DNA of 64,000 nt from an uncultured Phycisphaerales bacterium (GTDB lineage Bacteria; Planctomycetota; Phycisphaerae; Tepidisphaerales; Tepidisphaeraceae). The position numbers and the translations under genes are program-made. The stretch lies in the NCBI GenBank assembly GCA_963758525.1, contig CAVWVQ010000003.1, positions 4,672,001-4,736,000 on the forward strand, given 5' to 3'. The stretch's first letter is position 1, and each line of letters starts with the position of its first letter. A model generated the notes under the pieces. It was given only the letters and a program-made list of their open reading frames with translations. It was not told the origin of the DNA and ran no database searches. Below are positions 21,692 through 31,870 of this stretch, in pieces.

Positions 21692-21903
21692 GCCGCCCGC
21701 ACAATCCCGGCAAACCTCTGCAGTGCGTTTACTCCGCTTGCCCCACGGCCAAGCAGCCGATTGCCACCGACCAGCTCCGCCACGTGGTGCGGACCTGCGC
21801 CGGTCCGATGCACGGCGACTGTTACCGAGAACACATGAGCCGCGTGGATGAATGGTTTGCACGGGCACGCGCTGCCGGCGCTTTCTCCGGGAGGGCGTCA
21901 TGA
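21688..21903 (+). CDS. Phage hypothetical protein
   Basis: Overlapping start/stop codons at both ends, GGAGG upstream. Confidence 0.6.
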   Translation: MSRPHNPGKPLQCVYSACPTAKQPIATDQLRHVVRTCAGPMHGDCYREHMSRVDEWFARARAAGAFSGRAS

Positions 21904-22094
21904 AACGTCGACCTACCAGGCTCAATCCACAAAGACGCTGGAGCTGGAACGATCCATTTGGCGACTCCGAGCGAGCACGTCGAAGGATCCGCAAACAGCT
22001 TGGCCGCAAGACAGCCCGCGCCAGCTTCCGCCGGCTCCTGCACTGCGCTGAACGGAAACTTGCGTCCCTCATGGCGCGGGAGGCGAGCGTATGA
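21900..22094 (+). CDS. Phage hypothetical basic protein
   Basis: ATGA overlaps at both ends. Confidence 0.55.
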   Translation: MKRRPTRLNPQRRWSWNDPFGDSERARRRIRKQLGRKTARASFRRLLHCAERKLASLMAREASV

Positions 22095-23183
22095 GCACTT
22101 CTACCACTTCGTGGGTCATTCAAGGCGATGCCACCCATCTCCCCCTAGCCGATCAATCTGTGGATTTGTTATTCACCAGTCCGCCGTACGTCGACGCTCG
22201 CACCTACGGAATTGGCGCGCAGCGGCATTGCATTGAGTGGGTGGATTGGATGCTAAAGGTGGTTCGCGAAGGATGCCGTGTCAGCCGCGGTCTCGTACTC
22301 ATCAATTGCGCCGGCGTAACCCGCAAACATCGCTATCAGCCCGCGCCTGAAATGCTCCTGTCCGAATGGTGGAAGCAAGGGGGCGAGTGCTGGCGGCCGG
22401 CGTATTGGCATCGCGTGGGCATCCCGGGGTCTGGTGGCAAGCAGTGGCTGCGTGCGGACGTTGAATACGTTCTGGCGTTCAAGTTGGCGAATGGGGCAAT
22501 CCCCTGGTCTGACAACACTGCCTGCGGACATGTGCCCAAGTGGGGTCTCGGCGGCGAGATGAGTTACCGGCATGCGGATGGCAAGAGACGGAACGCTCGC
22601 ACGGGAGCCGCACTTTTGGCGGTTCGTCGCCAACGATGGGGCGGAGGAGGCACGAGTTTTGGACGTCGCGCGAACGGCGAGAAAATCGCGCCTGCGGGCG
22701 AGCGTAATGAATTCGGTTTCTCTGCAATCAGCGGGAACGGCAGATACGCCAGTGGAAAGCCCAAGCCGCTTCCAATTCGCGCCCCACGCGGGAAATCATC
22801 AGGTGATCTAAATGAGAACGGATCGACGGCTCCGCCGGTATTGGCCAATCCTGGGAACCTCCTGAAGATTATCGTTGGCGGCGGTGTCATGGGGTCAAAG
22901 TTGGCACATGAAAATGAGGCCCCATTCCCTGAGAAGCTACCTGAATTTTTTATCAAGTCGTATTGCCCCCCCCATGGATCTGTTCTCGATCCATTCTCCG
23001 GAAGCGGCACCACGATAGCGGTTGCGCGTCGATTGGGTCGCTATGGAATCGGATATTCGAACGGGTCAATGTCTGGGAAATCGCAGGCTGTCGGAGCCAG
23101 TAGTCGCCAGGGCTGCCAAACGTATCCGCAAGGTCCAGCTCGCAGATTCCCAGGACTCACTATTTCCAGTGGAGGTTGCATGA
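22091..23183 (+). CDS. Phage beta-class DNA methyltransferase, frameshifted near 23050
   Basis: FTSPPY, HENEAPFP, DPFSGSGTT; alternate frame DIRTGQC..LFPVEVA* ends at an ATGA overlap. Confidence 0.85.
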
Positions 23184-23313
23184 GCGACCAACTGCAACAA
23201 ACCACCGAGTTCGACAACGCCCTGGCACCGCGTTGCCCAGGACCAGCGCGTCGCCGCCGGCATGCCCCTGTGCAACCGCGAAAATGGCCCCGACGTGACG
23301 CTGGATTAACGCC

Positions 23314-23508
23314 ATGGACGAACAGATCCAAAAATCCGGTGAGTACGACAAGGCGATGGCTGCCGCGCTTCGCGAAGAAGAGCAACGCAATCTCTTCGCC
23401 AAGGCTGCCGGCCGCGCCGTCCTGCTCGCCGTCGCGCATGCGGACCCTGGCACGTTGCCGCCGGCCGTGCGCGAGGCCCGGGAAAGGATGCTGGAACTCA
23501 AGCCATGA
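23314..23508 (+). CDS. Phage hypothetical protein
   Basis: 64 aa, ATGA overlap with the primase. Confidence 0.55.
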   Translation: MDEQIQKSGEYDKAMAAALREEEQRNLFAKAAGRAVLLAVAHADPGTLPPAVREARERMLELKP

Positions 23509-24410
23509 TCCCCCGCGAGCTGAGAACCTCGAAACAGCGGCCGTGCCCGATCTGCGGTCATGGGACCTGGTGCCACTTTCACTCGGACGGCGGGGCCGTC
23601 TGGTGCGGACGCGTTCCAGGCGGACGCCCCTGGCGCGATGGGTGGATCCATCGCCTGGACGGAACGGCGCGACTGACGCCATCGCCGGCACTGGCCACGA
23701 TGGAACAACGACCCCGCGTGCTGCGGGATTTCGCACGCATGGCCTGCCGCTTCGCTCGTCAGCTCACGGCCGATCGCGCCCGCCGCCTGGCCGACAGCCT
23801 GCAGCTCAACGTCGGCAGTCTTCGACGTCTCGGCGCCGGATGGGCCGACGCGGAGCAGATCCGAACACAGGACACCAAGTGCCGTGGCGCCGGGTGTTGG
23901 ACGTTCCCCACCTGCGACGGCGCCGGCCGGATCGTCGGGATCCGCCTCCGCACGCTTGAAGGTTTCAAGTACACGATCGACGGCAGCGACGGCAGTGGAC
24001 TCTGTCTGCCTCGGGATCTGGCGACGGGAGGACTGTTGATCGCGCCTGAGGGGCCGACGAGCTGCGCGGCGTTGCTGGTGCTCGGACTGCGGGCGGCCGG
24101 TCGTCCCAACAACCGGGCCGGTGTGGACCATCTGCGGGCGCTGGTGACGCGACTCAAGACACAACGCCTGATCGTCCTTGGCGACAACGATTATCGCGTC
24201 GGGCCGCGCGGGCCCGAATGGCCGGGACGGGATGGCGCGATTGCAACGGCGTCACGATTGCGCGGGACCTGCTCTGGCGGCGTGCTGTGGGCGATGCCGC
24301 CACCGGGAATCAAGGACTCTCGGGAGTGGCTCGCCGCGGGCGCGACGGCCGCGGAGGTGATGGAGCGGATTCAGGCGACGACTCAGGGAATGGACCGGCA
24401 TGCAGGCTGA
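23505..24410 (+). CDS. Zn-finger/Toprim primase-like protein
   Basis: CPICGHGTWC, IVGIRLR, PEGPTS, VLGDND, GIKDSREW. Confidence 0.8.
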   Translation: MIPRELRTSKQRPCPICGHGTWCHFHSDGGAVWCGRVPGGRPWRDGWIHRLDGTARLTPSPALATMEQRPRVLRDFARMACRFARQLTADRARRLADSLQLNVGSLRRLGAGWADAEQIRTQDTKCRGAGCWTFPTCDGAGRIVGIRLRTLEGFKYTIDGSDGSGLCLPRDLATGGLLIAPEGPTSCAALLVLGLRAAGRPNNRAGVDHLRALVTRLKTQRLIVLGDNDYRVGPRGPEWPGRDGAIATASRLRGTCSGGVLWAMPPPGIKDSREWLAAGATAAEVMERIQATTQGMDRHAG

Positions 24411-26145
24411 CGAGGGAACAAATGACGCCTCGGGTGCCAACGGCGCCCATCGAACCAACGGGAACGGTAATGGCCACGGCAACGGTAGCAATGGCCATGA
24501 CAAAAACTCTGTGAATCGGCTTGTCGGAGGTGGGAAGGGATCACCACCGGCAGTCAGCGACGTGGATGCGAAGTCAGACGGAAAAGTGGAAATCATGGTG
24601 CCCGGAGCCCACGTACACCCTCGCGGTCCAGTCGAAGTCACCGAAAATGACTTCGCTGATGCCGTATTGTGCGCTCTCCCCGAATATCTGCTCTACAGGA
24701 CTGGACGCACAATCGGCGTCCTCACAGGCCAGAGCGGGAGCCGGGAATTTTATCCCAGCGACACCAGACACCTCCGCCTCTTCGCATCGACCCACACACG
24801 CCTGGTCAAATGGAACCGCACAGAGAAGGGCAATCCGTTCAAAACCAAGGTCCTGCACGGCAACGATCTCGCCTCACTGATCCTCGGCCAGGCCGAGCTC
24901 TCTGATCGAGTGAGGCGGCTCGACCGCATCGTGCACTATCCGGCATACGGCCGTTCGTTCGAGCTGCTGCGCCCGGGCTGGACGGAGGGAACTTTGTACG
25001 ACCCTCCCGACGAGCTGAAGGATCTTCAGCCGGAGACAAATCGCGAGGTGATCACCCAGACGCTCGACGATTTGACTATCGACTTCCCCTTCCTGGAAGA
25101 GGACGGTGACGGCGGAGCTGCCAACCGTGAGAACTTTTACGGGCTGCTGCTCACACCGATCGTCCGCACCGCACTGGAAGGCAACATCCCGCTGCACCTG
25201 GTCAACGCGCCGCTCGAGCGGACTGGCAAGAGTAAGTTGGTCGAAGAGGTTCTCGGCGGGATCATCCTCGGCACACAGATGGCAGCGCTGCAGCAGGTCG
25301 GCGAGGGGGAAGAGTTCGATAAGCGTGTCCTGGGCCTGCTCAAGCAGGCTGAGACGCTTGTGCATCTGGACAATGTCAATGATGGCCTAGCGCTCGGCCA
25401 GCTCGCCAGCGCTCTGACGGCTACATATTACCAGGGCCGCACGCTCGGCAAGAATGAGATGCTCAAGCTGCTCAACACCCTAATCTGGGTGGTCAGCGGC
25501 AACAACGTCGAAGCATCCGGTGAGATCATCAAACGCGTCATCCCAATACACTTACAGCCAAAAACCGACAAGCCTGAGATGAGACCGCTGGATGATTTCC
25601 AGCACCCTGACCTGCGCCGCTATATACGCGAAGTCCGCTGTCAGGTGCTCGGCGTGCTGATCGGCATGGTTGAGAATTGGAAGCAGGACAAACGGCCGCT
25701 CCATAGTCAACCGATGGGCGGGTTCGAACAGTGGTCGGCCATCATCGGGGGGATTCTGCAGGCCAACGGATACGTCAAATGGATGAGCAACGCCTCATCC
25801 TGGCGTATCTCCGTCGATCGACGTGGGGGTGACCTCGAAGGGCTCGTTGATGCCTGGGCGCAACGCTATGGCGATCATCCAATTAAGGCCAAGCACGTCG
25901 TCGCTCTCGCCATTGAATCTGGAGCCTTGGAAGACCAGCGCCAGGGGGCGAAGGATGGGGGGGCCAGAGCAATTGGCAAGATCCTGAGTCGCTCCATTAA
26001 CCGGCCTGTGGGGAACTACCGGATCGCGCTGAAGATCTCTCACAACAATCGGTTTTATAAGCTGCTCGGTGCACCCCACAAGGAGGGTGTGGTGTTGGAA
26101 GATGAACACCACTCGATGAGCACGCCGGACATCTTCGACGGGTGA
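24400..26145 (+). CDS. Primase-associated P-loop helicase/ATPase
   Basis: ERTGKSKL, VHLDNV, GRTLGKN, VSGNN. Confidence 0.75.
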   Translation: MQADEGTNDASGANGAHRTNGNGNGHGNGSNGHDKNSVNRLVGGGKGSPPAVSDVDAKSDGKVEIMVPGAHVHPRGPVEVTENDFADAVLCALPEYLLYRTGRTIGVLTGQSGSREFYPSDTRHLRLFASTHTRLVKWNRTEKGNPFKTKVLHGNDLASLILGQAELSDRVRRLDRIVHYPAYGRSFELLRPGWTEGTLYDPPDELKDLQPETNREVITQTLDDLTIDFPFLEEDGDGGAANRENFYGLLLTPIVRTALEGNIPLHLVNAPLERTGKSKLVEEVLGGIILGTQMAALQQVGEGEEFDKRVLGLLKQAETLVHLDNVNDGLALGQLASALTATYYQGRTLGKNEMLKLLNTLIWVVSGNNVEASGEIIKRVIPIHLQPKTDKPEMRPLDDFQHPDLRRYIREVRCQVLGVLIGMVENWKQDKRPLHSQPMGGFEQWSAIIGGILQANGYVKWMSNASSWRISVDRRGGDLEGLVDAWAQRYGDHPIKAKHVVALAIESGALEDQRQGAKDGGARAIGKILSRSINRPVGNYRIALKISHNNRFYKLLGAPHKEGVVLEDEHHSMSTPDIFDG

Positions 26146-26257
26146 GGGTGTGTTTGGGTGTATGTGGGTGTGTTATTCCCCGTCGTCTGTCATGAGCTGA
26201 CTTGGGTCCCTGAGAAGCGACGGCAGGTAACACACCCAAACACACCCACATACACCC
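26146..26257. repeat. Inverted arrays of three 10-bp iterons; candidate replication origin
   Basis: GGGTGTRTKW x3 at 26146-26175 and inverted x3 at 26228-26257. Confidence 0.75.
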
Positions 26258-26295
26258 TGACCTTGTTTTTAGCTCATTAGAGAAGGTTTATTCAG

Positions 26296-26484
26296 ATGGA
26301 AGAAAAGGAGTTCATCCTCAGACTGAAATCGGGACCGCAACGGACTGGAGACGATCCCTACATCCGGCTCAGGAAGGCACTCAAGGCACTTGTGCGGGCA
26401 TATGGATTTCGCTGTGTGGATTGCAACGAGGTCAACCAAGCAACCACCGCCACGACTGAGAAAGGAAAGGCACATGCATCATGA
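26296..26484 (+). CDS. Phage hypothetical protein
   Basis: RLRKALKALVRAYGFRCV; 62 aa. Confidence 0.65.
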   Translation: MEEKEFILRLKSGPQRTGDDPYIRLRKALKALVRAYGFRCVDCNEVNQATTATTEKGKAHAS

Positions 26485-26798
26485 GGAAATCCCCCCCCCC
26501 AGTTGTGACGCTCCACGTGGGACAGTCGGTTCCATGGCCGACGGCGCCGGATGGCGTGGCCCAGGTCGAGGAGCTGCTGCGGAGCAACGTCGGCCTGCTC
26601 TATCTGCGTCGCGGCCGGCTGTGCCGGGCACGCGTGGCGGCGGGACGCATCGCGAGATTGATCCAGTTGGCACCGCTGCTGATTCAGCAGGACAACCTGC
26701 TGCAGCGGGCCATCGTTCGTAAACGCCAAAAGTCGTTCGAACTGAACGACAGAACAGGAAGTTTCCGTGGGAATAACTTACGAAAAGTGCGAGCGTGA
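26481..26798 (+). CDS. Phage hypothetical protein (end uncertain)
   Basis: ATGA overlap with the previous ORF. Confidence 0.45.
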   Translation: MRKSPPPVVTLHVGQSVPWPTAPDGVAQVEELLRSNVGLLYLRRGRLCRARVAAGRIARLIQLAPLLIQQDNLLQRAIVRKRQKSFELNDRTGSFRGNNLRKVRA

Positions 26799-27309
26799 GA
26801 TCCGCGAGATGATCCGGGAGCTAATCGAGGCCAATCACCCGGATCTGCGGGATGCGGAAGTCACCGTCGGCTGCCTGATGGCCTGCAAGCGCGAAAGCGA
26901 CGGCACGCTGTTGCCAGAGTCGGCGGTCAAACTGCACGGCTATGAGTGTGCCGCGGTGGTCCGCGTCACCCCGCTCAAGCAGCGGGCGCATGGTGTTGCC
27001 GACTCTGAAATCGTGATCGATGGTAATAGTTGGGGGGACCGGCCTCTCCTGGAACAGCATGCGATCCTCGATCACGAGCTGGAGCACATCCAGGTCCTGA
27101 AGTTCAGCCAGCGTAAAGGCGGCGAGATCAAGACGGACGATCTTGGCCGTCCGCGGCTGAAACTGCGCCTGCACGACTGGGAAATGGGCGGCTTCGCCAG
27201 CATCGCCAAGCGGCATGGCAGCCACGCCCTGGAAGTCCAGGCGGCGCGGTCATTCCAGGACAAACACGGGCAATACGTATTCGAATTTGCCGCCTCACAC
27301 GCAGCGTGA
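26767..27309 (+). CDS. Putative phage metallopeptidase
   Basis: ILDHELEH (HExxH), LRLHDWE, IAKRHG. Confidence 0.75.
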   Translation: MGITYEKCEREIREMIRELIEANHPDLRDAEVTVGCLMACKRESDGTLLPESAVKLHGYECAAVVRVTPLKQRAHGVADSEIVIDGNSWGDRPLLEQHAILDHELEHIQVLKFSQRKGGEIKTDDLGRPRLKLRLHDWEMGGFASIAKRHGSHALEVQAARSFQDKHGQYVFEFAASHAA

Positions 27310-27352
27310 TGCGTACGGCGGCAACCATCAACAAGCAAACCAAGGAGATCCA

Positions 27353-29635
27353 ATGACAACAGCAACGATCGATCGACCGCACACAAAACGCGGAAGCAAA
27401 TCCACCAACCCGGATGGCAACGGCGCAGCTCACACGCCAGCGCCCGGCGATGACCTCAACGAGCTGCGCGCCCAGCTCGCCAAACAGGAGACAGCCACCC
27501 AGAGCATGTACGGCGACAAACTCGACAAGGCAACCGCCAGGCTCACCGAGCTGCGCAACCGGGTAGCCGCCGGCGAGGTTCGGGCCCTGCCGCTCCCGGC
27601 GCCGGCGTCGCTGACGTTCGAGGAGCGGGATGTCGCGATCGCGACGATTGTCGTCACCGGCAACCACCGCGAGATCCACGACGAAGCGGAGACGCTTCGC
27701 CTGGCCAGGACGCTGCAGACGGTCGGCCTGCAGCAGCGAATCGGACTGCGGTCCCAGGGCGATGGCAGTTTTGAGTTGATCTTCGGTTCGCGTCGCCTGG
27801 CGGCGGCCAAGCTCAACGCGTGGGAGGAGATCCCGGCCAAGGTCTACCCGCACACCATCACCGCGGCCGAGGTGGAGATCATCCGCACGATCGAGAATTT
27901 TGGGCGGAAGGACCTGACGCACATTGAACGGGCCATCGCTGTGGCGCGAACGATCGATGCTATCCAGGCAACACTCGACAAGGGACGCAGGCACGGCGGG
28001 CACGGCGGAATGGACGTAGTGGATCTGCGTACTGAAGAGCAGAAGGCGGAACTACGCAGGCAGGTGAACCTGGCTGCCGTGGCCAAGGAGAACCCCGAGC
28101 TGGCGGATGCGATCAAACTCCAGATCGCAATCGACGACGCCGGCGGCGTCAACGCCTACGTCGGCCTGCAGCTCGGCTTCCCCGCCAAGTGGGTCCAAGA
28201 CCACGCGTACGTGTCCAAGCTGGGCGCCAAGGCCCGCGAGTTGCTCGCCGCGCACCGCATCGACATCGGCCACGCGCGCGAGCTGGTGAAGCTTGGCGAT
28301 CGGGACCGAGCGGACCAGATCGCCGACATGGTCGCCCGCGATGAGAAGGGTTTGGGCGGGAAGTCGATCGAGCAATGCCGCAACTGGGTGATCGAGCATC
28401 TGCGGTCACTCAAGATTGTCCCGTGGCGGCTAGACGTCGCTTTCGGCCGCGGCGTTGCGGGATGCACGGGCCACGCCTGCAGCACGTGCCCGTTCAACAG
28501 CAAGAGCGACCCGGATCTCTTCGGCGGCGCCATCGCCGATGAGCCGGCGGCGGGTACATGCACGAACGAGGCGTGCTGGCAGGCCAAGACGGACATCGTC
28601 GCCAAGGATGTGGGCAAGTTTGTCGCCAAGGCCAGGACAGCAGTGGAGAAGCACGACACTCCCATCACCGAGAAGGAACTGGGCAAGCTGATCCCGCTCC
28701 ATGTCAAACCTCCGACAGCGATCCGGAAGGCTAAGAAGGAACTGGAGCCGGCGGCGTCTGCCAGCGGCGAGGGAACTCCCGACTCCCGCGAAACCGGAGG
28801 GACTCCCGAGGATAAAGCCAATGGGAAGCTCAACGTCGCCCTGGGCAAATGGGAATCAGAGCTGACAAAGCTGGTGATCGCCCAGACCACGGAGCACCCG
28901 GTGCGGTTCGCGCTGCTGGCGCTGCTTGGATGTGTTCCTCCATTCGATCGGGGCTATTTCCCGGGAGATCAGCCGGCGGAGTTTGTCAGCGAACATCAAC
29001 ACGCGCTTGCCCTGGCGGGCGGTGGAATCGGTGAGATCCAGGAGCTGGCCAGCCTGGCGATCGAGGCCAAGGCGGAACCGCCGGTCTTGGACGGCATCAC
29101 CGGGGAAATCTGTGCCTTCCTCTTGCAGAAATGGGGAATCAAACACAACGCAATGCCGAAGCTGGAAGACTTCCTCACGCGCCCGAAGGCGGAAGGAAAG
29201 AAGGGCGCCGGCAAACTGAAGGGGGAGCCGGCCGCTGAATTGGGCGTTGCGTTCGCCGCTGCCCAGAAGGCCTGCGTGCTGGAGACACTGAGCAACCACA
29301 GGGGCAACAAGCCGGTCGCTGCCACGCCGCTGGAGCTGAATGATCGCCTGTGGGTCCACGTAGGCGCTTCATACAAAGATGCGCTGTGTACCGTCGATCT
29401 TCTCCCGCTCTATCACGTCGAGGATTTCCGGAACAAGTTCGGCGCGAAGTTCGAGACCAGATACACCGTGGGCCTCGGGCCCGACGCCACGGATTCAGAG
29501 CGCCGCGAGTTCTATACAGGCGTCATCGTCCGCGTGAAGAAAACCGAGATGGCCATCGCTCCGAGCGGCGAGGGGCGGACGCTGCTTTTTACCGACACCA
29601 CGTCGGAGGCCGGGGAGGTGGACGATGTCGAGTGA
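27353..29635 (+). CDS. ParB/RepB/Spo0J-family protein with Cys-rich C-terminal extension
   Basis: LIFGSRRLAAA, IENFGRKDL, CSTCPFNS..DLFG..CTNEACW; AAGGAG upstream. Confidence 0.85.
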   Translation: MTTATIDRPHTKRGSKSTNPDGNGAAHTPAPGDDLNELRAQLAKQETATQSMYGDKLDKATARLTELRNRVAAGEVRALPLPAPASLTFEERDVAIATIVVTGNHREIHDEAETLRLARTLQTVGLQQRIGLRSQGDGSFELIFGSRRLAAAKLNAWEEIPAKVYPHTITAAEVEIIRTIENFGRKDLTHIERAIAVARTIDAIQATLDKGRRHGGHGGMDVVDLRTEEQKAELRRQVNLAAVAKENPELADAIKLQIAIDDAGGVNAYVGLQLGFPAKWVQDHAYVSKLGAKARELLAAHRIDIGHARELVKLGDRDRADQIADMVARDEKGLGGKSIEQCRNWVIEHLRSLKIVPWRLDVAFGRGVAGCTGHACSTCPFNSKSDPDLFGGAIADEPAAGTCTNEACWQAKTDIVAKDVGKFVAKARTAVEKHDTPITEKELGKLIPLHVKPPTAIRKAKKELEPAASASGEGTPDSRETGGTPEDKANGKLNVALGKWESELTKLVIAQTTEHPVRFALLALLGCVPPFDRGYFPGDQPAEFVSEHQHALALAGGGIGEIQELASLAIEAKAEPPVLDGITGEICAFLLQKWGIKHNAMPKLEDFLTRPKAEGKKGAGKLKGEPAAELGVAFAAAQKACVLETLSNHRGNKPVAATPLELNDRLWVHVGASYKDALCTVDLLPLYHVEDFRNKFGAKFETRYTVGLGPDATDSERREFYTGVIVRVKKTEMAIAPSGEGRTLLFTDTTSEAGEVDDVE

Positions 29636-30362
29636 CATTCAATCCACCAGCGACATCACCGTCCGCTTGGTGCAGCAGATGGGCGGTGATCACATGGTTG
29701 TCGCCGCGGCCAAAGTCAGCACCTGTGGGGACGATGCGCTGAAGTTTGCCTCTCCGGAGAGCGCGGAGGCTAACACTGGTCTGATCAATTATCTGATGGC
29801 TCATCGCCATGGTACGCCCTTTGAGCACGCGTCGATGACGTTCTTCGTGCGCACGCCGATCTTCGTCTGGCGCGAGTGGCACCGCCATCGCATCGGCTTC
29901 TCCTACAACGAGGAATCCGGGCGGTACAAGAAGCTCGATCCGCTCTTCTGGATCCCGGACAGGGAAAGAAAGCTGGTACCGGCGCCGGATCACACCTCGG
30001 CGCGGCCGAAATTCCAACGTCTCGCGGATGACGATCCCAAGTATCGGGATATTTGCGACGTGCTGCGGCATTCTTACTTTGCCTCCTACCGCGCGTATGA
30101 GCATCTCCTGGATCGGGGAGTTGCCAAAGAAGTGGCACGGGCATGCCTTCCGGTGGGCATCTATTCATCCTGCTGGGTGACGTGCAATCCACGGTCGCTC
30201 ATGGCGTTCCTGTCGCTGCGAACGCATGACGAGGCGGCGACGTTCATTTCGTACCCGCAAGCGGAGATCGAGTGTGCGGCCCGGGCCGCAGAGCAGATCT
30301 TCGCCGAGGGCTGGCCGCTGACGTACGCGGCGTTTGTGAAACACGGCCGCGTGGCGCCATAA
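29625..30362 (+). CDS. thyX: Flavin-dependent thymidylate synthase
   Basis: HGTPFEH, RHRIGFSYNEESGRY, KEVARACLP, FLSLR. Confidence 0.95.
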   Translation: MSSDIQSTSDITVRLVQQMGGDHMVVAAAKVSTCGDDALKFASPESAEANTGLINYLMAHRHGTPFEHASMTFFVRTPIFVWREWHRHRIGFSYNEESGRYKKLDPLFWIPDRERKLVPAPDHTSARPKFQRLADDDPKYRDICDVLRHSYFASYRAYEHLLDRGVAKEVARACLPVGIYSSCWVTCNPRSLMAFLSLRTHDEAATFISYPQAEIECAARAAEQIFAEGWPLTYAAFVKHGRVAP

Positions 30363-30375
30363 CAGAGGAATCGAC

Positions 30376-31362
30376 GTGGGAACTGAAACCGGCATCGAGT
30401 GGTGTCACCATACATTTAACGCGTGGCGCGGCTGCACCAAGGTCAGTGACGGCTGCAAATTCTGCTACGCGGATCGTGATTCAAAGCGCAATCCCAAGGT
30501 GCTGGGCGTGTGGGGGCCCAACGGAACGCGGGTGATCGCCGCCGAGGCGTATTGGCAGCAGCCGATCAAATGGAACCAGGCGGCGCGCGAAGCAGGCGAG
30601 CGACGGCATGTGTTCTGCGCCAGCCTGGCAGATGTGTACGAAGGGCGCGACACGATGCCAGAGCCATCGTGGGGGCCAGTGGAGGCAGCGGGCAAGCGAC
30701 TGCTGAAGGTCATCCACCGCACACCCTGGCTGGATTGGCTGCTGCTCACCAAGCGGCCGCAGAACATCATGTCGCTGACACAGGCGGCGCTCGATCCTGA
30801 GGATCTGACCGTCGCCGGGGATCCGGTTGGCGATGGCCTGCTCTCCGCCAGCTTCAAGGAGCTCTTCCCGACCGTCTGGCTTGGAACCAGTGTCGAGAAC
30901 CAGGAAGCGGTCCTTCGGGTGCATGAGCTGATGAAGGTGCGCGCGGCGGTCTGGTTCATCAGCGCCGAGCCGTTGCTCGGGCACGTGCAACTGCCTGAGG
31001 AGTTCCTCGCCCCGACATTCGCTGATGATGATCCGCGCACGCAGCGGTGGGTGATTGTCGGGGGTGAGTCAGGATCCCAGGCGAGGCCTATGCATCCTGT
31101 ATGGGCTGAATCGATCCGCGATCAGTGCGTTGCTGCCGGTGTCCCCTTCTTCTTCAAGCAAAACGGCGAATTCCGAACTACCACACTGGAGGAAGCTGAG
31201 GCGGACGATCCGCGCATCGTCACCATCAAGGAGACCGAGGATCACGACGATTGCGATAGATGGCCCGTGACGCGCGTCGGCAAGCGCGTCGCCGGCAGGA
31301 TGCTCGACGGGCGGGAGTGGTCCGAGTTTCCGCGGCCGCGGGCGGAGGCTGCGCATGTCTGA
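30376..31362 (+). CDS. DUF5131 / phage gp37-gp68 family protein
   Basis: IEWCHHTFN, CTKVSDGCKFCYA, LTKRP, SAEPLLG, WVIVGGESG, PFFFKQ. Confidence 0.92.
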   Translation: MGTETGIEWCHHTFNAWRGCTKVSDGCKFCYADRDSKRNPKVLGVWGPNGTRVIAAEAYWQQPIKWNQAAREAGERRHVFCASLADVYEGRDTMPEPSWGPVEAAGKRLLKVIHRTPWLDWLLLTKRPQNIMSLTQAALDPEDLTVAGDPVGDGLLSASFKELFPTVWLGTSVENQEAVLRVHELMKVRAAVWFISAEPLLGHVQLPEEFLAPTFADDDPRTQRWVIVGGESGSQARPMHPVWAESIRDQCVAAGVPFFFKQNGEFRTTTLEEAEADDPRIVTIKETEDHDDCDRWPVTRVGKRVAGRMLDGREWSEFPRPRAEAAHV

Positions 31363-31870
31363 ACTCTTCCCCCTGGGCACTGCGCCCACTTCCGCGGTGA
31401 TCAGCGACTGCGGGCAATACCGCTATCAGCTCGGACGGCAGTGGCACGACCGCAAGCCGCTGATCGGCTTCGTGATGCTCAACCCGTCGACCGCAGACGC
31501 CGAGGCGGATGATCCCACAATCCGCAAATGCCTCGCCTTCGCCCGTGCGATGGACGGCGGCGGCATCCTGGTCGGCAATCTATTTGCCCTGCGGTCGACG
31601 GATCCCGATGAGCTGCTTACGCATCCAGGGCCGATCGGCCCTGAGAACAACGAGCACCTGCAGATCATTCGCCAGCGGTGCCCGCGCATCATCGTCGCAT
31701 GGGGCAATCACCGCGCCGTCAGTCGGAACCCGCTGCGTGTCCGCATTGCGCTGGATCTGCTGGGCGATGTTGAGTGCCTCGGCACCACCAAGGACGGCAG
31801 CCCGCGACATCCGCTTTACCGCAGCGGCAGCATGAAGCCAATCCCCTACCGAGAAGTAATCGCCGCATGA
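31355..31870 (+). CDS. DUF1643 family protein
   Basis: CGQYRY, MLNPSTAD, DDPTI, NLFALRSTDP, PRHPLY. Confidence 0.9.
   Translation: MSELFPLGTAPTSAVISDCGQYRYQLGRQWHDRKPLIGFVMLNPSTADAEADDPTIRKCLAFARAMDGGGILVGNLFALRSTDPDELLTHPGPIGPENNEHLQIIRQRCPRIIVAWGNHRAVSRNPLRVRIALDLLGDVECLGTTKDGSPRHPLYRSGSMKPIPYREVIAA

Noticed and set aside
22091..23959. 622-aa methyltransferase fusion protein
   Set aside because: The extension follows a frameshift and overlaps better-supported downstream genes.
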